Source: Thermoplasmatales archaeon SG8-52-3 | GTDB taxonomy: Archaea > Thermoplasmatota > E2 > DHVEG-1 | Direction of reading: 5' to 3' | NCBI GenBank assembly: GCA_001595915.1 | Contig: LSSG01000032.1 | Span: forward strand, 23,142 to 87,141 | DNA length: 64,000 nucleotides | In this document: positions 1 to 9,237 of the stretch, one piece after another | How positions within the stretch are numbered: the stretch's first letter is position 1 | Layout: each line of letters begins with the position of its first letter | Made by a program: the position numbers and the translations under genes | Notes under the pieces: generated by a model | What the model saw: the letters and a program-made list of their open reading frames with translations, nothing else | The model's database searches: none | Told to the model about the DNA's origin: nothing

Positions 1-554
1 AAAGATTTGAAAATATAATTTTTATTTCTAATCTCAAGCATTAGATATTTTTTAGTAATTCTTGATATCTCTGTAATTGCTTTGTATAAATCATTCTTAT
101 GAATATGATGCAAGGTGTTCAGGCATACTGAAAAGTCAAAACTCTTATCAATAAATGGTAGATTTAATAAATCGCCCTGTAAAAATGTAACATTTTTGAA
201 TAAATTCTTATTTTTTCTAGCAATATCAATAGTTTCTTTTAGAAAATCAATTCCAACAATATTTTTATAATTATTATTTTTTGCAATTTCAAAAGTAAAA
301 TTTCCAATTCCACATGCTATATCAATAACATTTGAGATTTCAGAATCTTTTTTAATAATTTTATCTAAGATTGATGTGTAAATTTTCCACATTCTACGTT
401 TTTTTATCTGTTTTTCAACATCATCTTTATTTTTTAAACTGTAAAATTTTTTGTTTTCCTCAGCACTTTTTTTAAAATAATTTTTTACAAACTCGTAATG
501 TGCTTCTTTTTCATTTTCAGACTTAATAATATCTTCCTCTTCTACATTTTTCAA
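1..554 (-). CDS. Class I SAM-dependent methyltransferase (runs off the window edge)
   Basis: Manual minus-strand translation from TTG at 554 gives VIDIACGIGNF (motif I), VGIDF and QGDLLNLPFIDKSFDFSVCLNTLHHI. Not in the ORF track because it has no stop in the window. Confidence 0.85.
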   Translation of the reverse strand, partial: MKNVEEEDIIKSENEKEAHYEFVKNYFKKSAEENKKFYSLKNKDDVEKQIKKRRMWKIYTSILDKIIKKDSEISNVIDIACGIGNFTFEIAKNNNYKNIVGIDFLKETIDIARKNKNLFKNVTFLQGDLLNLPFIDKSFDFSVCLNTLHHIHKNDLYKAITEISRITKKYLMLEIRNKNYIFKS

Positions 555-579
555 TAGGTTTATTTCTTAAAATTTATCT

Positions 580-1545
580 TTATCTTTCTTTAAACGAAAA
601 AAACATTCCTAATAAAGTTGGAATTATCATTTTTACTATATAACCACATAATGATATAACAAAAGCAATTTCTGCTTCCACTCCAAATGGTAGTAATAAA
701 AACACAAATGCCCCTTCTCTAACACCTAAACCTCCTATTGAAATGGGTATTAAAGAATAAGCAATAACTGATAAGGTATGCAACATTAAAAATGTTAAAT
801 ATGGAATATCAACAGAAAATCCTATTGCAATTATATACACTTGGGTACCAATTATAATCCAAGTAATAAGATCAAAAAAAACAGGAACTATCATTTCCCT
901 AATTCTAGGCATATCCTTATATAATAATTCAACAGATTGATCAATTCCTACTCTATATTTTATTGGTATTAACGGTCTAATAAAAATCTTGAAAAATTTA
1001 CTTCCACCACTTTTTTTCATAAAAATGACTAACAATGAAATATGAAGAAGAAACAGTAATATTATTAATGGAAGAAGTCCAGGATAATAATTAAAAAGAT
1101 ATATAGTTCCAATAAGACCTATAAAAATACCTGTTATAATAGCTAATTCAAAATCTATAATTGAATTTGCAAGTAGTTTACCGATTGATTCTTTAGACTT
1201 CTTTTTCAAATAAAAAATTCTTAAATGTAAACCAATTGCACCAGGTGTTAAATTGCCATAGAAAATCCCAATCAAGTAGATTTTTACTAAATTAAAGTAG
1301 TCAATATTTATCTTCATTTTTTTACAAATATAACCCCATTTATAAGAATAAACAAATATTCTAAGAAAAACAATCAGAAGCGCAAGAATAAAATATTGAA
1401 TTGGAATTGAAAAAAAAGCATCTGCGATTTTTCCCACTCCAATCTCATATACTATATAAATGAATATTATTACACCAATTATTGGTAGAAATTTTACCAA
1501 TTTTTTAAGATTATTTTTTTCCATCAAATATGAAAGGTGTAACAT
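580..1545 (-). CDS. Lysylphosphatidylglycerol synthase TM / flippase-like membrane protein (UPF0104)
   Basis: Multi-TM protein with N-terminal 'GNLTPGAIG' and C-terminal 'PISIGGLGVREG' family motifs. Confidence 0.85.
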   Translation of the reverse strand: MLHLSYLMEKNNLKKLVKFLPIIGVIIFIYIVYEIGVGKIADAFFSIPIQYFILALLIVFLRIFVYSYKWGYICKKMKINIDYFNLVKIYLIGIFYGNLTPGAIGLHLRIFYLKKKSKESIGKLLANSIIDFELAIITGIFIGLIGTIYLFNYYPGLLPLIILLFLLHISLLVIFMKKSGGSKFFKIFIRPLIPIKYRVGIDQSVELLYKDMPRIREMIVPVFFDLITWIIIGTQVYIIAIGFSVDIPYLTFLMLHTLSVIAYSLIPISIGGLGVREGAFVFLLLPFGVEAEIAFVISLCGYIVKMIIPTLLGMFFSFKER

Positions 1546-1704
1546 TTATTCAATTAATAATTTCCCCTAAAAAAGTAAATATTTTCAATATATTACTTAA
1601 AATTGCATTTGATTTTTTCCAAGTTATTTTAATAAAAAGAGCCTAAAATAGAACTTTCAATTTTCCACAAGAATAAAAAAAGATAATTACTTACTCCCTA
1701 CTCA

Positions 1705-2709
1705 TTGAAAATTGATATTTTTGAAAAAGCAAAAAAATTTCTACCATTGTTAGGACTTGTAGTACTAATAATAATAATTTTTAATCTGGATGTAAATAAG
1801 ATTATAGATGCTTTCTTTTTAATAAATCCAATTTACATATTATTAGCATTATCCTTAACAATTCCAAGAGTACTAATTAGAAATTATAGTTGGCAACTAA
1901 TACAAAAAGAGCAAAAAATCAAAATTAGCTACTTTCAGTCTTTAAAGTGTTTCATGATAGGATATTTTTATGCAAGCTGGACTCCAGGATTTATTGGACA
2001 GTTAATGAGAGTTCCTTATATGAAAGAAAAAACAGGGGAACCTTATGGTAAACTATTTGTTAACACATTTATTGAAGTAACAGTTCGTCAAGTAGCAATA
2101 TATACAATGATAGTTGGTGGATTATTAATTATACTTGATCAGTTTTCAGATCTTGAGATAACAAGAATACTTCCAATTATTATTGCTATTCTGATAGGAA
2201 TCCAAGCAATAATCATAATTTATTTTATTAAAAAAGAACGTGGTGAAAAATTCTTCAACATATTTGTTAAATATTTAATTCCAAAAAAGCTAAAAGACCC
2301 TTCTTCAAAATTTGTAGATACCTTTTACAAAGATTTTCCTAGAATTAGTCGTTTAATTATACCACTATTACTTGGTTTTATATGTTGGATACTTATTTTT
2401 TCTCAAGAATATATAATTGTCTATGCATTAGGAGCAAATATTCCATATCTAAGCTTCATCTTACTTTATCCTGTTGCAAATATTGCTGGATATATCCCTG
2501 TAACATTTGCCGGTCTTGGTTTTCGTGAATTAACATCTATAATAATATTTTCAACACTTTTTGGAGTGGGTGAAGAAATAGTATTAGTATTTACTCTTCT
2601 AGGATTTATTATCACAGATGTTGTTACCGGTTTTGCAGGGTTTTTAGTATCTTTAACAGAAGCAAGAAAAACAGATGTTACAGGTTTTAAAAAGATGTTA
2701 TCAAAATGA
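1705..2709 (+). CDS. Lysylphosphatidylglycerol synthase TM / flippase-like membrane protein, divergent paralog
   Basis: 'TPGFIGQLMR' and 'PVTFAGLGFRE' motifs; aligns by eye with 580..1545. Confidence 0.85.
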   Translation: MKIDIFEKAKKFLPLLGLVVLIIIIFNLDVNKIIDAFFLINPIYILLALSLTIPRVLIRNYSWQLIQKEQKIKISYFQSLKCFMIGYFYASWTPGFIGQLMRVPYMKEKTGEPYGKLFVNTFIEVTVRQVAIYTMIVGGLLIILDQFSDLEITRILPIIIAILIGIQAIIIIYFIKKERGEKFFNIFVKYLIPKKLKDPSSKFVDTFYKDFPRISRLIIPLLLGFICWILIFSQEYIIVYALGANIPYLSFILLYPVANIAGYIPVTFAGLGFRELTSIIIFSTLFGVGEEIVLVFTLLGFIITDVVTGFAGFLVSLTEARKTDVTGFKKMLSK

Positions 2710-3345
2710 TTAATTATTTTTTATTAAATAAAAAGATTCCCATCTTGAAGTTGGAAATGGATTATTTCCTATTCTTTTTATAATCTTGATATTTTTATGG
2801 AGTTTTATACAATCCTCAACTGCTTTACTTGCTCCATATATTTCTCTAACAATAATTTTACTATTGGTTTTTGCTGTTTTAAAAATATGATGCAATATAT
2901 CGATTTTTGGAATTGAACAGCTTGATATTATAATTGTATCAAATTCTTTTAAAGGATAGTTTCTTCCATCTCCAAGGTCAACTGATATTTTGTTCTGTAA
3001 ATTTTTTCTTTCAATTACCTTAACGGCTCGCTTAATTGCTCTTGGGTCAATATCAATTGCAACAACCTTGCCACCATTGTATTTAGCAAGAGAAATTGCT
3101 GTTACTGGATATGAACCACATCCTATGTGTAAAATTTTTTTTGAGTCAGAAATGTTGAAAAGATTTCCCTCCTTTTCATATTCCTTTGACAATGTATTTT
3201 CATATAATAATGCAAATCTTTTTATTTTACAGGCAATAAAATCAATTGCTTTCCAAAAATAAGTGAACCTGGATATGTTAAATCTTGTTTTAAATGAATA
3301 TTTAGAAACCGAACAAATCTTTTCAGAATTAGTATCTTTATTCAT
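2710..3345 (-). CDS. SAM-dependent methyltransferase-fold protein, nicotianamine-synthase-like
   Basis: ILHIGCGSYPVTAISLAK resembles the NAS/CntL 'GSGPxPxT' motif; also IDIDP and FDTIIIS. Confidence 0.6.
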   Translation of the reverse strand: MNKDTNSEKICSVSKYSFKTRFNISRFTYFWKAIDFIACKIKRFALLYENTLSKEYEKEGNLFNISDSKKILHIGCGSYPVTAISLAKYNGGKVVAIDIDPRAIKRAVKVIERKNLQNKISVDLGDGRNYPLKEFDTIIISSCSIPKIDILHHIFKTAKTNSKIIVREIYGASKAVEDCIKLHKNIKIIKRIGNNPFPTSRWESFYLIKNN

Positions 3346-3493
3346 TATATTTCTTCAACCTAATTAACACCCATTAACTTAGTTAAGAATTAAATAATTT
3401 TCTAATATATATTAGTTATACCACAATTAATAAAAACATTTAATAATTATGGTATCTCAAGCTGAATAAACTGGTAAATACTATGTGATGTAA

Positions 3494-4438
3494 ATGTCGG
3501 GCGAGGGCATTGGTTTTGGTAAGGCTATTTTATTTAATGAACATTTTGTGGTATATGGAGTACCAGCGATAGTTTCTGCAATTGGAAAATATACTGTTGC
3601 AAAACTTAATCAAATCGATAAACCTGGTTGGACACTTATCGATGAAAGAAAAGCAACTCCAAACTATAAGGAAGAAAAAATTGATCAGCAAAAAGATTCA
3701 ATAAATCGAATTTTGAAAAAAATGGATATTGATTTATCAAAAAAAGGACTGGAGATAACACTTGATGGAACATTGTATTGTGCAAGTGGAATAGGTGCAA
3801 GCGCAGCTTCATGTGTTGCAATTGCTAGAGCCCTATCTGAACATTTTAATCTAAATTTATCTGATGAAGAAATAAATGAAGCTGCATTTGAAGGTGAAAA
3901 AGGATATCATGGAAGTCCATCTGGAATAGATAATACAGCATCAACCTTTGGTGGTCTCATATGGTTTGAGAAAGGTGAAAATCAGGTTATGGATAAAATC
4001 TCTATTCCTGCTCCTATTGAAATAGTAATGGGTAATACCGGTAAGGTAGCAAATACAGCCGCAGCGGTTGCAGGTGTGCGTGAGAGAAGAGAAAGAAATC
4101 CTGAAAAATACAAAGAAATATTTGATAGGGCTGAAAATATCGCTTATTTAGCTAGAAATGCTCTTAAAAATGAGGATCACAAAGAGCTTGGTAAATTAAT
4201 GAATGAGAATCATAAGCTTCTTCAACAAATAGAGGTTTCTTCAAGAGAACTTGATTTCATTGTAAAACTTGCAAGGGATAATGGTGCATTTGGCGCTAAA
4301 CTTACTGGTGGTGGACTTGGTGGTAGTATAATTGCACTTACTCCTGATAAAAAGATACAGGAAGAAGTTGCAAATGCTATTGAAAAAGAAGGATTCCAAA
4401 CTTTACAAACTGTTATAGGTGCATCTAGAGAGAGGTAA
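3494..4438 (+). CDS. mvk: Mevalonate kinase
   Basis: GHMP motifs GKAILFNEHFVVYG, SGIGASAA, HGSPSGID and GAKLTGGGLGG. Confidence 0.93.
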   Translation: MSGEGIGFGKAILFNEHFVVYGVPAIVSAIGKYTVAKLNQIDKPGWTLIDERKATPNYKEEKIDQQKDSINRILKKMDIDLSKKGLEITLDGTLYCASGIGASAASCVAIARALSEHFNLNLSDEEINEAAFEGEKGYHGSPSGIDNTASTFGGLIWFEKGENQVMDKISIPAPIEIVMGNTGKVANTAAAVAGVRERRERNPEKYKEIFDRAENIAYLARNALKNEDHKELGKLMNENHKLLQQIEVSSRELDFIVKLARDNGAFGAKLTGGGLGGSIIALTPDKKIQEEVANAIEKEGFQTLQTVIGASRER

Positions 4439-4443
4439 TAATT

Positions 4444-5754
4444 ATGAATCTTCGTAGTTTTCTTACTAAACTTGAAAATGAAAGTAAACTTGTTCGGATA
4501 AAAAGAGAAGTATCTGTTAGAAATGAGATTGCAGATGTTATTTATTCTCTAAATGAGCAACCCGTTATTTTTGAAAAAGTTAAGAGTTATCCTTATCCAA
4601 TTTTTGCAGGAATTACTTCAAATCGTGATATTATTGCTGATGGACTTGGCACTATAAAGGATAAGCTTTTGTTTAAACTAGTAGATGCTTTACGTAATCC
4701 TTCTGAACCAAATTTAATTGATAAGGCACCATGTCAAGAAGTTATTATAAAAAATCCAGATATTAGCAAACTTCCACTTTTATATCATCTTAATGGAGAT
4801 GGTGGCAGGTATGCTACTGCAACAGTTGCAACAATAAAAGATCCAGATACTGGACGTAATGTTTCTTATCATCGTTTAATGGAGATAGGAAAAAACAAAT
4901 TTACAGCCCGTCTTATTCAAAAAAGGCAGACTCGTACCACTTATGATAAAATTAAGGGTGATCTTGAGATGGCAGTTTGTATTGGTAATTCGGTACCTGT
5001 TATGATTGCAGCATCTTTAGGTCCCCCATCTGGCGTTGATGAGTTCAGTATTGCCAACTCACTTGATAAAACTGATTTAGTAAAATGTATCACAAAAGAC
5101 CTTGAAGTTCCAGCTGAATCTGAATTTGTTATAGAGGGTAGACTTACCCGAGATCTTGATCGTGAGGGGCCATTTGTTGATCTTACTGAAACAAGAGATT
5201 TTGAAAGACAGGAACCTGTTTTTGAGGTTGATTGTATAACACATAGAAAGGATGCAATGTATCAAGCCTTACTACCTGGAAAATTTGAACATAAGTTACT
5301 TATGGGGATGCCTAAGGAACCAACAATTTATGATGAAGTAAGTAAGGTTGCTGATTGTAAAAATGTTTATGTAACAATGGGTGGGGGTTCTTGGCTACAT
5401 GGTATTGTTCAAATTAAAAAGAAAAATCCTGATGATGGTAAAAAGGCAATTGAAGCTGCTTTCAATGGTCATAAGAGTATGAAACACGTGACAATTGTAG
5501 ATGAGGATGTAGATATTTTCAACCCTATTGCTGTTGAATGGGCAATGGCTACTAGATTTCAGGGAGATAAAGACATGATAGTAAAACCCGATCAATCAGG
5601 TAGTTCTCTTGATCCATCTGGAAAACATGAACCTGGTAAAAAAACACTAACAACCAAGATTGGATTTGATGCAACAATACCTTTTGATGTTGATAAGAAC
5701 AAATATGAGGTTGTTAAATATAGAGAAGTTGATTCAAATGATTACCTCAGGTGA
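4444..5754 (+). CDS. UbiD-family prFMN decarboxylase, probable anhydromevalonate phosphate decarboxylase
   Basis: UbiD motifs EGPFVD, VDEDVDIF, WAMATRFQ and SSLDPS; lies in an operon with mvk and AcnX subunits. Confidence 0.88.
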   Translation: MNLRSFLTKLENESKLVRIKREVSVRNEIADVIYSLNEQPVIFEKVKSYPYPIFAGITSNRDIIADGLGTIKDKLLFKLVDALRNPSEPNLIDKAPCQEVIIKNPDISKLPLLYHLNGDGGRYATATVATIKDPDTGRNVSYHRLMEIGKNKFTARLIQKRQTRTTYDKIKGDLEMAVCIGNSVPVMIAASLGPPSGVDEFSIANSLDKTDLVKCITKDLEVPAESEFVIEGRLTRDLDREGPFVDLTETRDFERQEPVFEVDCITHRKDAMYQALLPGKFEHKLLMGMPKEPTIYDEVSKVADCKNVYVTMGGGSWLHGIVQIKKKNPDDGKKAIEAAFNGHKSMKHVTIVDEDVDIFNPIAVEWAMATRFQGDKDMIVKPDQSGSSLDPSGKHEPGKKTLTTKIGFDATIPFDVDKNKYEVVKYREVDSNDYLR

Positions 5755-6055
5755 GGGAAAATATAAGGTTTTTATTAAAAAAATCAAAAATGGAGACGAC
5801 CTCATTTATATTCTAGGTGGAGGAGAACGTTCTCATATCGGTGGAGTTGTTATCTGTGAACCTGGAATTAAAACAAATTCTATTCGAATAAAAGGGCATT
5901 ATGATGATATCGTTCTTAAACCAATAGCTGAGGTAGCTTGTGAAAAATATAATAAAAAGGTTGTTGCAATTGGGGGAGTTCATGTAGATAATGCTTCAAA
6001 AGAAGAAATAGATATATTGGTAAAAAATTGTAAGGAGTTGGTAAAATACATTTAA
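5738..6055 (+). CDS. LpdD-like (prenylated-flavin chaperone) small protein
   Basis: GGGERSHIGGV, GHYDD and GGVHVDNASKEEI match the LpdD pattern. Likely start is ATG at 5738, overlapping the ubiD 3' end. Confidence 0.7.
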   Translation: MITSGEGKYKVFIKKIKNGDDLIYILGGGERSHIGGVVICEPGIKTNSIRIKGHYDDIVLKPIAEVACEKYNKKVVAIGGVHVDNASKEEIDILVKNCKELVKYI

Positions 6056-7230
6056 CAAATGAACAAGAAAAGATACTTAAAGGTGAAAAAGGCGAAGTAA
6101 TGGAAAGACTTTTTAGATTGCTAGTCCGACTGGGAGAAATATACAATGCAGATAGTATGATTCCTGTTGGTTCTGTTCAAGTTGCAGGAGTGTCATATAA
6201 GTCAATTGGTGACCCAGGCATGGAATTTTTAGAAGACATTGCTTCAAAAGGAGCAAAAGTAAAAGTTCTAACTTATCTAAATCCAGCAGGAATGGATCTT
6301 GAAAACTGGAAGAAACTTGGTTTTCCAGAGGATTTTGCAAAAAATCAACTTCGAATTATAAATGCTTTTAAAAAAATGGGAATCGTGGTAACCTCCACTT
6401 GTACACCATATTTAGCAGGAAACCTTCCACGTTTCAGGGAACATATTGCTTGGTCAGAATCATCAGCTGTATCATTTTCAAATTCTGTTATTGGCGCAAG
6501 AACAAATAGGGAGGGAGGACCTTCTGCTCTTGCAGCAGCTATCTGTGGAGTTACACCAAATTATGGATTACATTTGTGGGAAAATAGACAGCCAAATGTA
6601 AAAGTTAAAGTAAATTTTAATTTGAATTATAATTCTGATTTCGGCGCTCTAGGTTGGTATGTTGGTAAGCAGGTAAAAAATAAAATCCCTTATTTTACAG
6701 GTATAAAAGATGCAAACACTGATCAACTCAAAGCACTTGGCGCTGCAATGGCTGCATCTGGTGCTGTGGCATTATATCATGTAGAAGGAATTACTCCTGA
6801 GGCTGATAATGTTAAAAAAGAAGGACTTGAGACAATTTCTGTTGGAAAAAAAGAAATCAAGGAAACATATGATAAACTTAACACTGGAAAAAAACCGGAT
6901 ATAGTAATTTTTGGCTGTCCTCATGCATCATTGCGTGAAATTTCACTTCTTGCTGATAAACTTGAAGGTAAACATTTGAAAAGACCAGTTTGGATATGTA
7001 CTTCAAGAATGGTAAAAGAAGCTGCAGAAAGAATGGGCTATAATGAAATAATTGCAAAAGCAGGTGGAAGTATTGTTGCTGATACCTGTATGGTTGTCTC
7101 ACCAATTGAGAAGATGGGATACAAAACAACAGGGGTGAATTCTGGAAAAGCAGCAAATTATCTACCTGGCTTTTGTAAACAAGAAGTGTGTTTTGCAAAT
7201 ATTGATGATCTTGTGGAGGCGCAATTATGA
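6046..7230 (+). CDS. Aconitase X catalytic subunit, probable phosphomevalonate dehydratase large subunit
   Basis: TCTPY, WSESSAV, GARTNREGG, GCPH, DTCMVVSP and NSGKAA motifs. N-terminal 'xHLTNEQEKILKGE' begins at ATA 6046; the ORF track starts at 6100. Confidence 0.9.
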   Translation: MHLTNEQEKILKGEKGEVMERLFRLLVRLGEIYNADSMIPVGSVQVAGVSYKSIGDPGMEFLEDIASKGAKVKVLTYLNPAGMDLENWKKLGFPEDFAKNQLRIINAFKKMGIVVTSTCTPYLAGNLPRFREHIAWSESSAVSFSNSVIGARTNREGGPSALAAAICGVTPNYGLHLWENRQPNVKVKVNFNLNYNSDFGALGWYVGKQVKNKIPYFTGIKDANTDQLKALGAAMAASGAVALYHVEGITPEADNVKKEGLETISVGKKEIKETYDKLNTGKKPDIVIFGCPHASLREISLLADKLEGKHLKRPVWICTSRMVKEAAERMGYNEIIAKAGGSIVADTCMVVSPIEKMGYKTTGVNSGKAANYLPGFCKQEVCFANIDDLVEAQL

Positions 7231-7610
7231 AAGGAAGAACAATATCTCCTGGTAAAGCAGAAGGTGAGGCAATAGTTAGCCCTGAACCTATTGGTTTCTA
7301 TGGCGGAATTGACATAAATACCGGTATTGTAATTGAAAAAGGTCATCCACTTGAAGGACGATGTGTAACAGGTAAGATACTTGTATTTCCTTGTGGTAAA
7401 GGCTCAACAGTCGGGTCCTATGTAATATATGGTCTTAAAAAAAATGACGTTGCACCAGCAGGAATAATAAATAAGGAAACAGAAACAATTGTTGCAACAG
7501 GTGTGATACTTGCAGGTATTCCTTGTATTGATAAAATTGAAATTGAAAAAATAAAAGATGGCAATAAAATATTTTTAGATGCAGACAAAGGAATTGTAGA
7601 GATTAAATAA
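7227..7610 (+). CDS. Aconitase X swivel subunit (DUF126), phosphomevalonate dehydratase small subunit
   Basis: GKILVFPCGKGSTVGSYV motif; ATGA overlap with the large subunit. Confidence 0.9.
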   Translation: MKGRTISPGKAEGEAIVSPEPIGFYGGIDINTGIVIEKGHPLEGRCVTGKILVFPCGKGSTVGSYVIYGLKKNDVAPAGIINKETETIVATGVILAGIPCIDKIEIEKIKDGNKIFLDADKGIVEIK

Positions 7611-9062
7611 TTAAAAATTCCTCATATTCCACACACTACCAATACCAATAAGTTTTACATCATGATTTCCATCTTCATCTTGCCAAGATATTTTTCCATC
7701 GATGTTACTTAGCCCTATCTTCATTCCAACATATGTTGGGAATTTCCATATCTTTTCATATGTGTTATCTTCTTCGATATCAAGATCAAGACGGATATTA
7801 TATTTCTTTAACAGAATCTGAGATATTGGATTTGGTTTTCCCCTTATATTTAATTCAGTGGGCATTTTCAATAATAAAAATAATTTATCTGATTTTCTGA
7901 CTGTTATATCAAGATCTTCTAAGAGAGTGAGAGTATCACCTTGATCTGTTGTAATAACTAGTGAAGCAATTGGGTTAAATCTTGTTGTTCTTGCTTCTAG
8001 TAATTGGTTCCTAAAATAATATTTGTTATAGTAAATATTCCAACCGTTCTCTAATCTAATATGACACCAATCCCATCCTTTAATATTCCACTTTATAAAA
8101 CCAGATGACCAAGAGTGTTCATGATGTCCAATACCTGTTACTTTGAATTCTTGCCCATTCAATTTAATTGTACCAGAAACTTCACAACCTGTAAACATAT
8201 ATGTTGCAAGTCTAGCTTCTCCCTTATCAATTATCCTATTGCTATATATCCATAATGGTGAGGACGGTGCAAAATAGTCAAAATCTACAATTATTTCATT
8301 TTCTTTGTCAATTTCTTTATCCTCTGCATGTACGTGCCAAATAGGAGCTTCTCCTTTGGCCCATGAGTCTTCAAATTTTAAATCAACACCGGGTGTTGAT
8401 GCATCCAATCCCGAGGTCCCCAATATTCCAAGTCCAAGTATTCCTCCTCGCTTTTTGTTTATTATACCACCAAATTCTTCCCCTTCAGGACTATGGAGTG
8501 TTATTATCAAAATATCTGGTTTCATTGTTAATCTTAAATCACCCCATGCCATATGACAGAAACCAATTGTAGCAGACCAACCTGGTAGTTCACTTTCGTC
8601 ATCAAAAATTACAGTATAATACCACCATTCTCTTGTATTTGTAATTTTATTGAAATGAGCGCCTTCATCTTGTGGAGAAACATCTCTCATATTACCAGTA
8701 ACAATAGAATATGGAAGATTTTCAATTGCTGAAAACTTCCAGGTTGACAGTATTGTTTTTGTTGGAACATGCCTTATTGTTATTGTTCCTTCACATTGTG
8801 TAATTTGATCTCCTTCTGTAACAAATCTACCTAGAGTTGATGTGTCACAATCACCAATAATTTCGATATCTTTCCATAATACCTCATCTGACAATGATAC
8901 TACTGTAAGAGTTTTTTCTCTATCATCTTTTTTGAATTGAATATCAGGTATATCTGGTCCATCGTAGTCAAAGATGTAACCTAATCTATAGAAAATAAAA
9001 CCAGCTATAATTATCATAGCTATTATGATTATTGCATCAATCTTTCTCGTTCGTGTACTCAT
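7611..9062 (-). CDS. Membrane-anchored lipocalin-like/AttH-CrtC-type beta-barrel protein
   Basis: N-terminal TM, then EGAHF...REWWYY, GHHEHSW and GWDW motifs typical of CrtC/AttH/tocopherol-cyclase-like proteins. Confidence 0.55.
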   Translation of the reverse strand: MSTRTRKIDAIIIIAMIIIAGFIFYRLGYIFDYDGPDIPDIQFKKDDREKTLTVVSLSDEVLWKDIEIIGDCDTSTLGRFVTEGDQITQCEGTITIRHVPTKTILSTWKFSAIENLPYSIVTGNMRDVSPQDEGAHFNKITNTREWWYYTVIFDDESELPGWSATIGFCHMAWGDLRLTMKPDILIITLHSPEGEEFGGIINKKRGGILGLGILGTSGLDASTPGVDLKFEDSWAKGEAPIWHVHAEDKEIDKENEIIVDFDYFAPSSPLWIYSNRIIDKGEARLATYMFTGCEVSGTIKLNGQEFKVTGIGHHEHSWSSGFIKWNIKGWDWCHIRLENGWNIYYNKYYFRNQLLEARTTRFNPIASLVITTDQGDTLTLLEDLDITVRKSDKLFLLLKMPTELNIRGKPNPISQILLKKYNIRLDLDIEEDNTYEKIWKFPTYVGMKIGLSNIDGKISWQDEDGNHDVKLIGIGSVWNMRNF

Positions 9063-9237
9063 TTTGATCGCTGGTGTTTTCTTTTTAATTATATATTTCT
9101 TAAAATTATATTTTTAAATGTTGTTTTACAATTCTTACCTGAATTAAAAATGTAAAATAATTGGAAAGATTTTTTAGTAAACTTAGTGTTACCGTTTTTT
9201 TAAAAAGATTTACTAAATTTAAAAGAGGGGACTATAT

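Noticed and set aside
5660..5737. Extended N-terminus of the LpdD-like ORF
   Set aside because: Lies deep inside ubiD; ATG 5738 gives a more plausible size and overlap.
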